Shown: piece after piece, positions 30,489 to 40,561 of the stretch
How the letters are laid out: the number at the start of each line of letters is the position of its first letter
Position numbering within the stretch: position 1 is the first letter of the stretch
DNA from: Kiritimatiellia bacterium
Lineage (GTDB): Bacteria; Verrucomicrobiota; Kiritimatiellia; RFP12; UBA1067
DNA length: 64,000 bases
Assembly (NCBI GenBank): GCA_050949565.1
Contig: JBMNFY010000017.1
Coordinates: 864,001-928,000 of the forward strand
Direction: 5' to 3'
Made by a program: the position numbers and the translations under genes
The notes under the pieces: generated by a model
What the model was told of the DNA's origin: nothing
What the model saw: only the letters and a program-made list of their open reading frames with translations
Databases searched by the model: none

Positions 30489-32024
30489 ATGCGAATCGCC
30501 ATCGTTTCAGACCTGCATGCCAACCTGACGGCCTGGCGCATTGTGCTGGCCGACTTGGCAGACATGAAGGCCGAGCAGATCATTTGCTTGGGCGACGTCA
30601 TGGGGTATGGACCGCATCCGGTTGAACTGCTAGAGTCGGTCTACAGCGTGGTGAACGTCACGCTGATGGGTAATCATGATGCGGCTGTATGCGGTCGGCT
30701 GTCGACCGCCACCTTTTCTCCACGCGCCAAAACAGCCGTGGCCCGCCACCGTGAATTGCTGACACCCACCGCGCTTGAGTGGCTGGCGCAGCTTCCGTTG
30801 ACTTACGAAGGTTCCGATTTCCGCTGCACGCACGGCGAGTTCGCTAAGCCGGCGGAGTTTCGGTACGTCGTCGCGCCCGAGGACGCCCTACCCTCTTGGC
30901 GCGCCACCTCTGAGCAGTTGCTTTTTGTGGGCCATTCGCACCGGCCCGGCATCTACGTCATCGGTGAAAGCGGTGTGCCGCATTTTGTCGAGCCGTTCGA
31001 TTTCGAACTGGAGGAGGGCAAGCGTTACCTCATCAATCCGGGCAGTGTCGGTTATCCACGCGTAGGCGACCGCCGTTCTTCCTACTGTATTTACGACGAT
31101 GAGTCGCGCGCGATCTTCTTCCGCCAACTGCCCTTCGATACCGCCTCCTACCGGGCGGCCATGCACGGCATCGGGATGGACGATGACCCTTGGATGCAGC
31201 AAAAGGCCGAGCAACAGCATGTGCCGGTATTGCGCGATACACCGAAGTTTGGAAAAGACCAGCCCCAACCCGCCACCCCGCACGACACACAGACAACCGA
31301 TGTGCGCCCGGCTGTCGTGGTGCGGGCCATTCTGCCTTTCCTGAGCCGACATACACGCCTGCTTGCGGCAGGTACACTTATCGCGGGCACGGCTCTCATC
31401 GCGGGACTGATTGCCTTCAGCATCGGCCGCACCAGCAGCCAGCCACAGCTCGCCATTTCGGTGCCGGCGTACGATCCGCCTCCCCTAGCAGCCTATCCGC
31501 TTGTGCCGCGTGACAAGAACCTGCTGCCTCTCCTGCCGCCCGCCCTTGACGACAACGGCCGCCTGCAAGGCTGGCGCTACGCATTTGAGGACCGTAGCAA
31601 GCAGACCTTCCGCACGGGCTTGCGCGACGGCAAAACGACGCTGCTCATCATCAACTCCTCAGCCTGCAAGGTGCGGGTGGAGTCGCCGCTGATCAATCTG
31701 GCCGGTACCGACCTGCATGCGGTCCGGATGCGTGGGCGCATCAGGAAGCCCGAGCCATTTTCCGGCACGGTCTTTTATCAAGTGGTGCTGTACACCACCG
31801 CACCGGACGGCTCGCAACACCAAGTGAATATGGAGCCCTTCGAGATGCGCAGTACCAAGCGCAAACTGTCGCCGCCCGGCGCAGAACGCAATGTTTCCAT
31901 CAAACTTAGCAAACGAATCACACATCTACGCTTCCGCATCGAAGCCAATTTCACAGGCACGCTGGAGATCGAACAACCGTTCCTGACTGCCGATAGCAAG
32001 CAACAGAAGGGGGCACGTCCATGA
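30489..32024 (+). CDS. Metallophosphoesterase with TM helix and C-terminal extracytoplasmic domain
   Basis: SDLHAN, LGDVMGYG, GNHD, HG, GHSH, INPGSVG; TM around LLAAGTLIAG. Confidence 0.88.
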   Translation: MRIAIVSDLHANLTAWRIVLADLADMKAEQIICLGDVMGYGPHPVELLESVYSVVNVTLMGNHDAAVCGRLSTATFSPRAKTAVARHRELLTPTALEWLAQLPLTYEGSDFRCTHGEFAKPAEFRYVVAPEDALPSWRATSEQLLFVGHSHRPGIYVIGESGVPHFVEPFDFELEEGKRYLINPGSVGYPRVGDRRSSYCIYDDESRAIFFRQLPFDTASYRAAMHGIGMDDDPWMQQKAEQQHVPVLRDTPKFGKDQPQPATPHDTQTTDVRPAVVVRAILPFLSRHTRLLAAGTLIAGTALIAGLIAFSIGRTSSQPQLAISVPAYDPPPLAAYPLVPRDKNLLPLLPPALDDNGRLQGWRYAFEDRSKQTFRTGLRDGKTTLLIINSSACKVRVESPLINLAGTDLHAVRMRGRIRKPEPFSGTVFYQVVLYTTAPDGSQHQVNMEPFEMRSTKRKLSPPGAERNVSIKLSKRITHLRFRIEANFTGTLEIEQPFLTADSKQQKGARP

Positions 32025-32875
32025 TCAAGAGTGTCGCAAACGAGGTATGGGCCTATGATTGCGAGTGGGTGCCGGATCTACGCGCCGGCCGTCTGGTTTA
32101 CGGTTTGCCTGAAGAGCTGCCAGACAGCGAAGTGCTGCGCGTGATGTGGGAACAGGGCGGCGCCACACCGGAAAACCCGATGCCCTTCCTGCGTACCGTG
32201 GTCTGCCGCGTGGTTTCGATCGCAACCGTTATCCGTCGCACCCTCAAAAACGGCGAGGTGCAACTCTTCCTCTCGACGCTGCCCGAAGCGCCGGAGGACA
32301 CCGCACAGGATGAGGCTTACATCCTGCACCGCTTTCTGGCTGACGGCGTAAGCACACATCAGCCGCAGCTTGTGGGCTTCAACTCACGCAACGCCGATCA
32401 GCGCATCCTGACGCAACGCGCCATCGTAAATGGGCTCTCACTCAAACATCTGTGTGATCGCATCAACGCCAAGCCGTGGGAGAGCAACGACATCGACCTG
32501 ATGGATCTGGTTGCAGGCTTCGGCAAGTCCTACGCGGTCTCGCTGCACGAGATCGCCACCCTCTGCGGCATTCCCGGCAAACTGGATACGACCGGCGATG
32601 ACGTCTGCGGCCTTTGGTACCGCGGCGAGCGCCGCAAAATCGTCGAATACAACGCTTTCGACGCGCTCACCACCTATCTCCTGTGGCTACGGCTGGCCCA
32701 CTTCTCAGGCTGCTTCACGGCCGACGACTACGTCATCGAACAGCGCCGCGTCGTGCGCTTGCTGGACGAGCGGATCGCGCGTCCGGAAGAGGCCTACCTG
32801 CGCGTTTTCCGCGATGCCTGGCACAACCTTCAGGCGCGCACCGGCCAGCTCGATAACGGCGTCTTCGCGGACTAG
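32021..32875 (+). CDS. PolB-like 3'-5' exonuclease (DNA_pol_B_exo2/WlaX-like)
   Basis: YDCEWVPD, LVGFNS..D, DLMDL, GIPGK, YNAFDALTTY DEDD-type motifs. Confidence 0.8.
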   Translation: MIKSVANEVWAYDCEWVPDLRAGRLVYGLPEELPDSEVLRVMWEQGGATPENPMPFLRTVVCRVVSIATVIRRTLKNGEVQLFLSTLPEAPEDTAQDEAYILHRFLADGVSTHQPQLVGFNSRNADQRILTQRAIVNGLSLKHLCDRINAKPWESNDIDLMDLVAGFGKSYAVSLHEIATLCGIPGKLDTTGDDVCGLWYRGERRKIVEYNAFDALTTYLLWLRLAHFSGCFTADDYVIEQRRVVRLLDERIARPEEAYLRVFRDAWHNLQARTGQLDNGVFAD

Positions 32876-33002
32876 GCAGGCTCAGAACACACCCGCAGCG
32901 CCCGCAGCACTGCTCTCCAAATTTGAGCGCCTGACGCAGAGCATCGTTCTGTGGGCGGCGTTTACGCCGCCCGGACGAGCAGACGCGCGGCCCCGGGAGC
33001 CT

Positions 33003-33782
33003 TCAGAGCACGCCGCGCTGGCTCATCTGGTAGAACGCAATCAGGCGGCGCACTTCCGGCAGATCGGCCACCTCGTACTTCACGCGTTCCAGCGCCTGCG
33101 TGCGGTTAAGCCCCTCGCGGTAGATCAGCTTGAATGCCTCTTTCAGCGCACTACGCACATCGGCCTTAAAACCGGCGCGTTGCAGGCCGACCACATTGGG
33201 TCCTACAACTCGCGGCACGTCGCCCGATGCGTCGATCACCATGTAGGGCGGGCAATCCTGCCGGACTTTGGAAGCGCCACCGACCATCGCAAATGTGCCG
33301 ACGCGGCAAAACTGGTGTATGCCAGCAAGACCACCGATGATCGCGTGATCCTCGACCGTCACCTCGCCGGCCAGTGTCGCCACATTGGACATGATCACGT
33401 CGTTGCCGACGTCGCAACCGTGCGCGATATGGCAGTAGGCCATGATCAGGCAGCGCTGTCCCACGCGCGTGACCTCACCCGGCTTTGTGCCGAGATGCAC
33501 TGTTGAAAACTCACGCAGCACCGTTTCGTCGCCGATCTCAACATAGGTGATGTCGCCCTCTTTGTATTTGAGGTCTTGCGTTTTCGTGCCGACGCAGGCA
33601 AAGGGAAAAATCTGACAGCGCTGGCCGATCGTGGTATGGCCGCTGACAAATGCGTGCGCCTGGACCTCTGTACCGGCCCCGATTGTGACGTGCGGACCGA
33701 TGATCGCGTACGGCCCCACTGTCACCTCATTGTCCAGTTTCGCTTGGGGGTCCACAATCGCGGTCGGATGAATCGTCGCCAT
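33003..33782 (-). CDS. lpxA: UDP-N-acetylglucosamine acyltransferase
   Basis: IHPTAIV, hexapeptide repeats, QDLKY, HIAH, HQFCRVG, N.VGL.R.GF. Confidence 0.97.
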   Translation of the reverse strand: MATIHPTAIVDPQAKLDNEVTVGPYAIIGPHVTIGAGTEVQAHAFVSGHTTIGQRCQIFPFACVGTKTQDLKYKEGDITYVEIGDETVLREFSTVHLGTKPGEVTRVGQRCLIMAYCHIAHGCDVGNDVIMSNVATLAGEVTVEDHAIIGGLAGIHQFCRVGTFAMVGGASKVRQDCPPYMVIDASGDVPRVVGPNVVGLQRAGFKADVRSALKEAFKLIYREGLNRTQALERVKYEVADLPEVRRLIAFYQMSQRGVL

Positions 33783-33818
33783 ATTTCTTATACTCCTTGT
33801 TGCGCCGCATCAGGCGCG

Positions 33819-34910
33819 CTAGAGGTTTTTGGGGATGAGATAGCTCACCAGAATGCCGCAGATCACTACAGGCAACCAGATGAAAACGTAAGGGTGGGCC
33901 CAGTCATGCTTGTCCATCGACCGGAATAAAATCACGAAGAGATAATAGGCCAGCGCGACCACCAGACTGATAGCCATACCGATCGTCGACTCTTTACGGT
34001 GCGAGCGAATACCGAGCGGCACGCCAACCAGCACGAAGCAGATTGAAGCGCATGCATAGACCAAACGGACTTGGAACTCTGTGCGGTAGATACTCAGCAT
34101 TTTGCGTCGCACAGCGCGCGGCAACTCTTTGTCATTAGCACGCAGCTCCTTGATCGCCGCGCGCAGCTCATGAAAGCCGAAGTCCTTTTCTTTACGCTTG
34201 CGGGTACGTTGGCGCATAGCGTCGGGGATCACATGGCGGAAGCGGCTCGCCGACGCGACGCCCGGCCGATTGACATCGATCGGATCGACGCGCACATCAT
34301 ACATGTCCAGCACGATGTCGGCGTCATTGGTGGAGACCAACGCCTTGGCAGCGCGGATTTCTCGGGTGACCTCCTCGCGACTGTAATCGAAAATCAACAG
34401 ATCATGCAACCAATTCCCCTCCTTGCGCTCAAAGAATATCTTGAGCTTGGGGAAATCGTCGATCATGCGTCCCGGATCCAGCAGATCGAGGCCGACATCA
34501 ACGCTGACCATATTTTTCAGGTTGCGCCGTACATCGTGACCACGGGGTACCACCTCGTTGTTGATATAGAAGCCGAACAGGGTGCAGATCAGACCGATCA
34601 GCACCGGCCAGCGTATGACACTGAGCAGGTTCACGCCGCACGCCCGCATCGCTGCGATCTCACTATCGGCCGACAGACGGCTAAAGACCAGGAGTGCGCT
34701 GACCAACAAGGCAATCGGTATGGTGAGCGTCAGCGTTTCCGGCAGGCCCACCAGCAGGAAAAGCCCGATCGCACGCAACGGCAGCCCTTCAATCAGCAGG
34801 CGCGCAATCCGCACCAGCAGGCCGATTGAGAGCACGAACGACAACACCAGCCAAGCTAGAAAGAACGCGGCCAGGAAGGCTTGCAAGACATATCGCTCTA
34901 TGATCTTCAT
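33819..34910 (-). CDS. LptF/LptG family LPS export permease
   Basis: IERYVL, SRLSADSEIAAMRACG, LVGVPLG; 3+3 TM layout. Confidence 0.93.
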   Translation of the reverse strand: MKIIERYVLQAFLAAFFLAWLVLSFVLSIGLLVRIARLLIEGLPLRAIGLFLLVGLPETLTLTIPIALLVSALLVFSRLSADSEIAAMRACGVNLLSVIRWPVLIGLICTLFGFYINNEVVPRGHDVRRNLKNMVSVDVGLDLLDPGRMIDDFPKLKIFFERKEGNWLHDLLIFDYSREEVTREIRAAKALVSTNDADIVLDMYDVRVDPIDVNRPGVASASRFRHVIPDAMRQRTRKRKEKDFGFHELRAAIKELRANDKELPRAVRRKMLSIYRTEFQVRLVYACASICFVLVGVPLGIRSHRKESTIGMAISLVVALAYYLFVILFRSMDKHDWAHPYVFIWLPVVICGILVSYLIPKNL

Positions 34911-34997
34911 CGCGCCGGATAATAGCAGAAGGCCGCAAAAGAAACCACCGTTTCCTTGCGGCCCCCTGTTATTCGTTCCGTAACACCGGACGGTACG

Positions 34998-36320
34998 TTA
35001 TGGATTCACGTATTTGGCCTTGTCGGCGTTCGTGCCGGCGCCGCGGATATAGATCTCCACGCGACGGTTCTCCGGGTTGCCGTTGACCAGATCGGGCTGC
35101 ACCTTGGGACGGCTGAAGCCATAACCACGCGCTGTCAGACGCCCACCATCCACGCCCTTGCCAACCATGAAGGACTTCACAGCCTCCGCACGGCGCTCAG
35201 AGAGGTTCTGATTGTACTTCTCGCTGGAACGGGTACGACGATCCGCATGCCCCTCGATCACTGCCGTAGCCTGCGGATTGCGCTGTAGCACACGCACCAC
35301 CTGGCCGATCTCGTCAAAGTATTCCGGCTTAATGACCGTGGTATCATAGTCAAACTGAATGTAGACCTCGAAGAGCATCAGGTCATCCGAGGGGTCGAGC
35401 GGATTAGTACCGTCTTCAATCACCTCATGACCGTCAGCCACGCCACCCTTGTCGGTGTCGCGGTCGAGCGGGTTGGTCTTGTAGATCAGAACCTCCTGCC
35501 CATCGGTCAGCCCGTCGAAGTCGGTGTCGGGATTGAGCGGGTCGGTCTTGTACACCTTGACCTCATCGCCGTCCGTCAAACCGTCGCCATCGGTGTCCTT
35601 GTTGAAAGGATCGGTACCGAGCCGCGCCTCTTCCTCGTCGGTCAGGCCGTCACCGTCGGAATCCTTAGGTCCGGTGGCCACCAGCGCCGCCGCACCCGCA
35701 CCCGCCTCAGATCCGCCCGCTCCGCCGCCGAAACGGTAAGCAACACCGGCGTCAGCCGTGTAGACGAATTCGCAGGTCTCATCGATCGCCATCATGGCGC
35801 GCACGTCGGCACGCAACGACCAGTGGTCATTCAAGTGGTACATCACGCCCGCACCGGCGCGCGGCCCCACGATGGTACGTTCGTCACCCTCGCAGAACAC
35901 GTCATCATTTGCCCGGTAATACCCGAAACCAGCAGCCAGATAGGGGTCGAGGCGGTTGTAGCGGTTAAAGTGATAGAGTCCGTCCGCAAAAACGCCACGG
36001 ATGCTCTGCCCCTTAACGTAGCCATCGGACCCCCAAGCACCGCTTCCCGCGTTCGGACCATCATCGCTTGAACCGCGCCCATTGCTCGTAATGTTCGGCG
36101 CCCAAGAGATGCCGCCTTCCACCGACCAGTGCTCGGAAATGTCATACCCCAAGCGCAACAGCATATTGAACCCTTCGTCGACAGGCTGATTCCCCTCGAA
36201 GAACATCCCGCCGACACCGGGACTCACGTACCAACGGGGCGACTCGCCCAACTCATTGGCACGCACAGACACAAAGGCCGCCAGAGCCAACACACCGACC
36301 AAACTCAAAACTCTCTTCAT
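34998..36320 (-). CDS. OmpA family protein: beta-barrel, Ca-binding DxDGDGLTD repeats, peptidoglycan-binding domain
   Basis: Signal peptide; DSDGDGLTD/DTDGDGLTD repeats; IEGHAD, NQNLSERRA, NRRVEI. Confidence 0.95.
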   Translation of the reverse strand: MKRVLSLVGVLALAAFVSVRANELGESPRWYVSPGVGGMFFEGNQPVDEGFNMLLRLGYDISEHWSVEGGISWAPNITSNGRGSSDDGPNAGSGAWGSDGYVKGQSIRGVFADGLYHFNRYNRLDPYLAAGFGYYRANDDVFCEGDERTIVGPRAGAGVMYHLNDHWSLRADVRAMMAIDETCEFVYTADAGVAYRFGGGAGGSEAGAGAAALVATGPKDSDGDGLTDEEEARLGTDPFNKDTDGDGLTDGDEVKVYKTDPLNPDTDFDGLTDGQEVLIYKTNPLDRDTDKGGVADGHEVIEDGTNPLDPSDDLMLFEVYIQFDYDTTVIKPEYFDEIGQVVRVLQRNPQATAVIEGHADRRTRSSEKYNQNLSERRAEAVKSFMVGKGVDGGRLTARGYGFSRPKVQPDLVNGNPENRRVEIYIRGAGTNADKAKYVNP

Positions 36321-36389
36321 CAGAAACCTCCTCAGTAACGTAAGTGGAGGCAGTTTAACTTACCGCCCCCGCATATGCAACACGAAAAA

Positions 36390-37139
36390 TCAAAAATTAC
36401 AATTTTTTAAGGTTCGGCCGGAATTCGGCCGGAATTCGGTCAGGCCATCACCGTCAGAATCCTTCGGCAATCCGGCCACCGCCGCCGCACCGGCACCAGC
36501 ACCGACGCCAGCACCCGCCGCTTCGCCCGCTCCGCCGCCGAAACGGTAAGCAACACCGGCGTCAGCCGTGTAGACGAATTCGCAGGTCTCATCGATCGCC
36601 ATCATGGCGCGCACGTCGGCACGCAACGACCAGTGGTCATTCAAGTGGTACATCACGCCCGCACCGGCGCGCGGCCCCACGATGGTACGTTCGTCACCCT
36701 CGCAGAACACGTCATCATTTGCCCGGTAATACCCGAAACCAGCAGCCAGATAGGGGTCGAGGCGGTTGTAGCGGTTAAAGTGATAGAGTCCGTCCGCAAA
36801 AACGCCACGGATGCTCTGCCCTTTAACACCGCCGTCACCCTCCCATCCGCCCCCCGCGCCACCACAGCAGTAGTCGCCGTCATCACTCGATCCGCGTCCA
36901 TTACTCGTAATGTTCGGCGCCCAAGAGATCCCGCCCTCCACCGACCAGTGCTCGGAGATGTCGTACCCCAAGCGCAACAGCATATTAAACCCCTCGTCGA
37001 CCGGCTGGTTCCCCTCGAAGAACATCCCGCCGACGCCGGGACTCACATACCAACGGGGCGACTCGCCCAACTCATTGGCACGCACAGACACAAAGGCCGC
37101 CAGGGCCAGAACACTAACAATACCGAAAACCTTCTTCAT
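36390..37139 (-). pseudogene. 3'-truncated OmpA paralog (barrel only) from a tandem partial duplication
   Basis: Near-identical to the N-terminus of 34998-36320; breaks off after DSDGDGLT at an 11-bp tandem repeat junction. Confidence 0.85.
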
Positions 37140-37250
37140 AAGAACCTCCTGAGTAACATAAACGGGGAACAGTTTAGCCTATCGCCTCCATGCATGCAAC
37201 ACGAAAATTTGAAAATTACAATTTTTTAAGGTTCGGGGGAAGAACAGCAC

Positions 37251-37280
37251 GGTCCGCCACGTCCCCCGACGTGGCGGACC
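37251..37280. terminator. Perfect 13-bp stem hairpin
   Basis: GGTCCGCCACGTC-CCCC-GACGTGGCGGACC. Confidence 0.6.
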
Positions 37281-37438
37281 TAAGATGGATACACGCTGAC
37301 ACAGTTCGCGCAACAGACTGCGTTGTCCTGTGCACACCCCAAATGTCCAAACCTGGCGGCTTCCGGCGCAAATCTAATGATTAAGACCTGTCGCCGGGCG
37401 GCTGGGCTGAGTCAGCCCGCGCCTTCCGCATATTGATA

Positions 37439-37454
37439 CGCAGGAGGCATGCCA
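37439..37454 (-). promoter_or_regulatory. Candidate sigma54 promoter TGGCATG-N4-CTGC
   Basis: GG-N10-GC spacing on the minus strand just after the stop of 37475-39193. Confidence 0.45.
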
Positions 37455-37474
37455 AGCAATGTCAGGGCACAGCA

Positions 37475-39193
37475 CTAAAGCTGCCAGCACGTTTCGGCCG
37501 GACGCTTGCATGTAGCGAAACGACACCACTCGGCACCCACCTCGTCGGTCAGCACCGCTTCGTCGGTCACCAGCGTCAAACACAACGGCCCAGCGCCGCG
37601 GCTACGCGCCACGTTCGCGACCAACAACGCCTTTTCAAAGCCATCGCCACGTCCGAAAGTCCATACCTCATCCGGCTGGGCCAACCGCGTGTCTTCGTCG
37701 TAGATCGAGATGTCCGGCAAGGCGGCGACACGTGCGACCACCTCGTCGTCCGACGCTTCAGCCAAAGCCGCCACGCTCACCGGATTGCGCTCCATCGCCG
37801 CCTTGATAAAGGGTGCCGCCGGCGTGCGTGACAAATCGCGCCATGCGTAGAAGGCCATGTCGGCCGTCTCGTTGTGCGCGCGCAGTGATTCCAGATGGGC
37901 AATCACCTCTTCGCGCGTCATATCGAGTGTCAACGCCAACGGGGCCGCCGCCGACACAAAACGCACGTCTGCGGAGGGCAACCGCGGTTCGGTATGGCAA
38001 AAGCGCACCAGTTGGTCAACCATCTCGTCCCCGCACACGCAGGCGTCACCGATCCGATCCCGTAACGCCTTGAGATCGGCCGGATCGCTGAGGTCAATCG
38101 CCCGCTCACGCACAAACTCCTCGATGTCGTCCAGCACGATCTTGTTCGGACAGCACGACATCGCGAACGTTTCCTGCGGAATCATCGCCAGTAACTTCTC
38201 GCGCGTGTTGTCCGTCACCTTGTAGGCGCTGTCCTGCTCAAAACTGAAGGCTTGCTCCAGCGTGACATAGCGGTCCACGCCGCGAATCGGCCAGCGAACC
38301 ATGAAACATTGGTGGCAACGCGGATTCTGCCGCAAGAAATTGCCCAGGATTTCCGGCGTCAAGGGCGTGGTCAGATAGGCGCGCAGGCGTTCGGCAAAGC
38401 CGCTGTACACAACAGGATCGATCGACGCCTGCGGATAGAGCGTGTGGATCCAGCCGCTCGGATGCGAGACGATCGTGACCCGCTCGTTCTCCAAGGCGCG
38501 ACGCGCCTGGCCGGAGATCTGCGTACCGTTGAACCACATCGCCTTGGTCACCAGCCGACGGTTGTTGGTCAGCACGCCGTCATCCACATCCACAAAGTTC
38601 TGCGAATGCAGCGGCGTGGCCATCATGAACACCTGCTCGAGCGGGACACCGGCCACCACATAGAGCGCCGCCGCGTAGAGCGCCGACAGCGACACGCATT
38701 CGCCCGCGCCGGTCGTGTAGCCCTCCTTGTGCTGGAAGGCGTCCATGGCCTCCACCGTCTCGGTTTTCCAGTACGGGATCACGTCGGAGTCGTACTTGTC
38801 CAGGCCGAAGTGCGTGCGGATGTCGATGTCGAAGTAGTAGGTATCCCCCTGATAGCCGAACAGCGCGTTGGACTGCGCGATCTCCTCGGGCGACAGGAAC
38901 GGCGCGAACCGCGCCAGTTCGCGTTTCTGGTTGGTCAGGCCCCACGTCTCCAGGTCAAGATTGAAGACGTAGTGGTCCATGATGTACTGCTTCAAGCGTT
39001 GCAACCGGCGGTAGGGCTTCATCTTGCGAATCCCCTTGAACCAAGGGTCGTCGCGCCACAGCCAGATCCGCGGCGACATGATGTTGGCCAGCACCAGGCT
39101 GTACATCAGCTCGGGAAATACAAAGACCTCCATGTCCGACAGCGTCACCGCCGCCGAACACCGTTCCAGATCGCGCGCGTCCATCACGGCCAT
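37475..39193 (-). CDS. Conserved hypothetical protein, possible transglutaminase-like Cys-His-Asp fold
   Basis: 572 aa with genome-typical codon use; GECVSL...HSQNFVD; begins 1 nt after pgk stop. Confidence 0.8.
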   Translation of the reverse strand: MAVMDARDLERCSAAVTLSDMEVFVFPELMYSLVLANIMSPRIWLWRDDPWFKGIRKMKPYRRLQRLKQYIMDHYVFNLDLETWGLTNQKRELARFAPFLSPEEIAQSNALFGYQGDTYYFDIDIRTHFGLDKYDSDVIPYWKTETVEAMDAFQHKEGYTTGAGECVSLSALYAAALYVVAGVPLEQVFMMATPLHSQNFVDVDDGVLTNNRRLVTKAMWFNGTQISGQARRALENERVTIVSHPSGWIHTLYPQASIDPVVYSGFAERLRAYLTTPLTPEILGNFLRQNPRCHQCFMVRWPIRGVDRYVTLEQAFSFEQDSAYKVTDNTREKLLAMIPQETFAMSCCPNKIVLDDIEEFVRERAIDLSDPADLKALRDRIGDACVCGDEMVDQLVRFCHTEPRLPSADVRFVSAAAPLALTLDMTREEVIAHLESLRAHNETADMAFYAWRDLSRTPAAPFIKAAMERNPVSVAALAEASDDEVVARVAALPDISIYDEDTRLAQPDEVWTFGRGDGFEKALLVANVARSRGAGPLCLTLVTDEAVLTDEVGAEWCRFATCKRPAETCWQL

Positions 39194-39194
39194 C

Positions 39195-40439
39195 TTACCT
39201 GTCGCTCAACGCCGCCACGCCGGGCAGTTCCTTGCCCTCGAGGAATTCGAGCGAGGCGCCGCCGCCGGTGGAGATGTGCGTCATCTTATCGGCCAGGCCG
39301 CTCTTGTTGACCGCGCTCACGCTGTCACCGCCGCCGATGATCGATACCGCGCCGCTCTCGGCCACGGCCTTGCAGACGCCCATGGTACCGCCCGCGAACT
39401 TCTGCATTTCGAAGCACCCCATCGGCCCGTTCCACACCACCGTCTTCGCTTCCTTGATCGCGGCCGCGTACAGCTCGGTGGTCTTGGGACCAATATCCAA
39501 CGCCATCCAACCCGCCGGGATGTCGTTGCCGACGATCTGCGTGTGGGCTTCGGGATCAAACTTGTCGGCCGCGACGTTGTCGACAGGCAACAGGAACCGC
39601 TTGCCTTTGGCCTTGGCCTTCTCGATCATGTCGCGGGCATAGTCGAGTTGATCCTCCTCGCACAGCGAATTGCCAACGTCGTGCCCCTGCGCCTTGAGGA
39701 AGGTGTAGGCCATGCCGCCGCCAATGATCAGCGTATCCACCTTGTCCAGCAGGTTCTTGACGACCGCCAGCTTGTCCGACACCTTGGCGCCGCCGAGAAT
39801 CGCCACGAACGGGCGGGTCGGGTTCTCAACCGCATTGCCCAGATACTCGATCTCCTTTTCCATCAGGAAACCCGCGACGCTCTCCTTCGCGAACTTGCAG
39901 ACCACCGCCGTGGAAGCGTGGGCGCGGTGCGCGGTACCGAAAGCGTCGTTGCAATAGATGTCGCCATAAGAGGCGAGCGTCTTGGCCAGTTCTTCGCGCT
40001 TCGCCTTCAACTCAGCCTTCTTGGCCGCCAGTTCCTCATCGCTCATACCCTCGGCCGGCTTGACCTTGCCGTCCTCAGCCTTATAGAAGCGGGTATTCTC
40101 AAGCATCACGACACCGTCCGGCTGGAGCGCCGCGACTTCAGCAGCGGCCTGCGCGCAATCCGGCGCGAAAACGACCGGCTTACCCAACAGACCGGACAGA
40201 TGCTCGGCCACCGGCTTCAGCGAAAACTCCGCCTCATAACCCTTGCCCGACGGACGGCCGAGGTGGCTCATCAGCACCAGGCTGCCGCCGTTATCCAGCA
40301 CATACTTGATCGAAGGCAGCGCCCCCTTGATACGGGTGTCATCCTTGATCACGCCATCCTTGATCGGCACGTTGAAATCAACGCGCATCACAACACGCTT
40401 ACCCTTCAAGTCTACATCACGCAAAGTCTTTTTGTTCAT
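39195..40439 (-). CDS. pgk: Phosphoglycerate kinase
   Basis: [51 protein letters not shown]. Confidence 0.99.
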   Translation of the reverse strand: MNKKTLRDVDLKGKRVVMRVDFNVPIKDGVIKDDTRIKGALPSIKYVLDNGGSLVLMSHLGRPSGKGYEAEFSLKPVAEHLSGLLGKPVVFAPDCAQAAAEVAALQPDGVVMLENTRFYKAEDGKVKPAEGMSDEELAAKKAELKAKREELAKTLASYGDIYCNDAFGTAHRAHASTAVVCKFAKESVAGFLMEKEIEYLGNAVENPTRPFVAILGGAKVSDKLAVVKNLLDKVDTLIIGGGMAYTFLKAQGHDVGNSLCEEDQLDYARDMIEKAKAKGKRFLLPVDNVAADKFDPEAHTQIVGNDIPAGWMALDIGPKTTELYAAAIKEAKTVVWNGPMGCFEMQKFAGGTMGVCKAVAESGAVSIIGGGDSVSAVNKSGLADKMTHISTGGGASLEFLEGKELPGVAALSDR

Positions 40440-40561
40440 TTTAGTCTATCCTTTTTCGGGTTGAAAAATGGGCGTCATGGTAGCACATCCGCCGGAGAGA
40501 GAGAATAACGAATAGCGGTGGGCGAAAGTAATAAGTAAGAGGTAAGAGGTAATGAGTAAGA

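Noticed and set aside
35640-37139. Diversity-generating retroelement TR/VR pair in the ompA duplication
   Set aside because: Differences are not adenine-specific, include indels and synonymous changes, and no reverse transcriptase is present.
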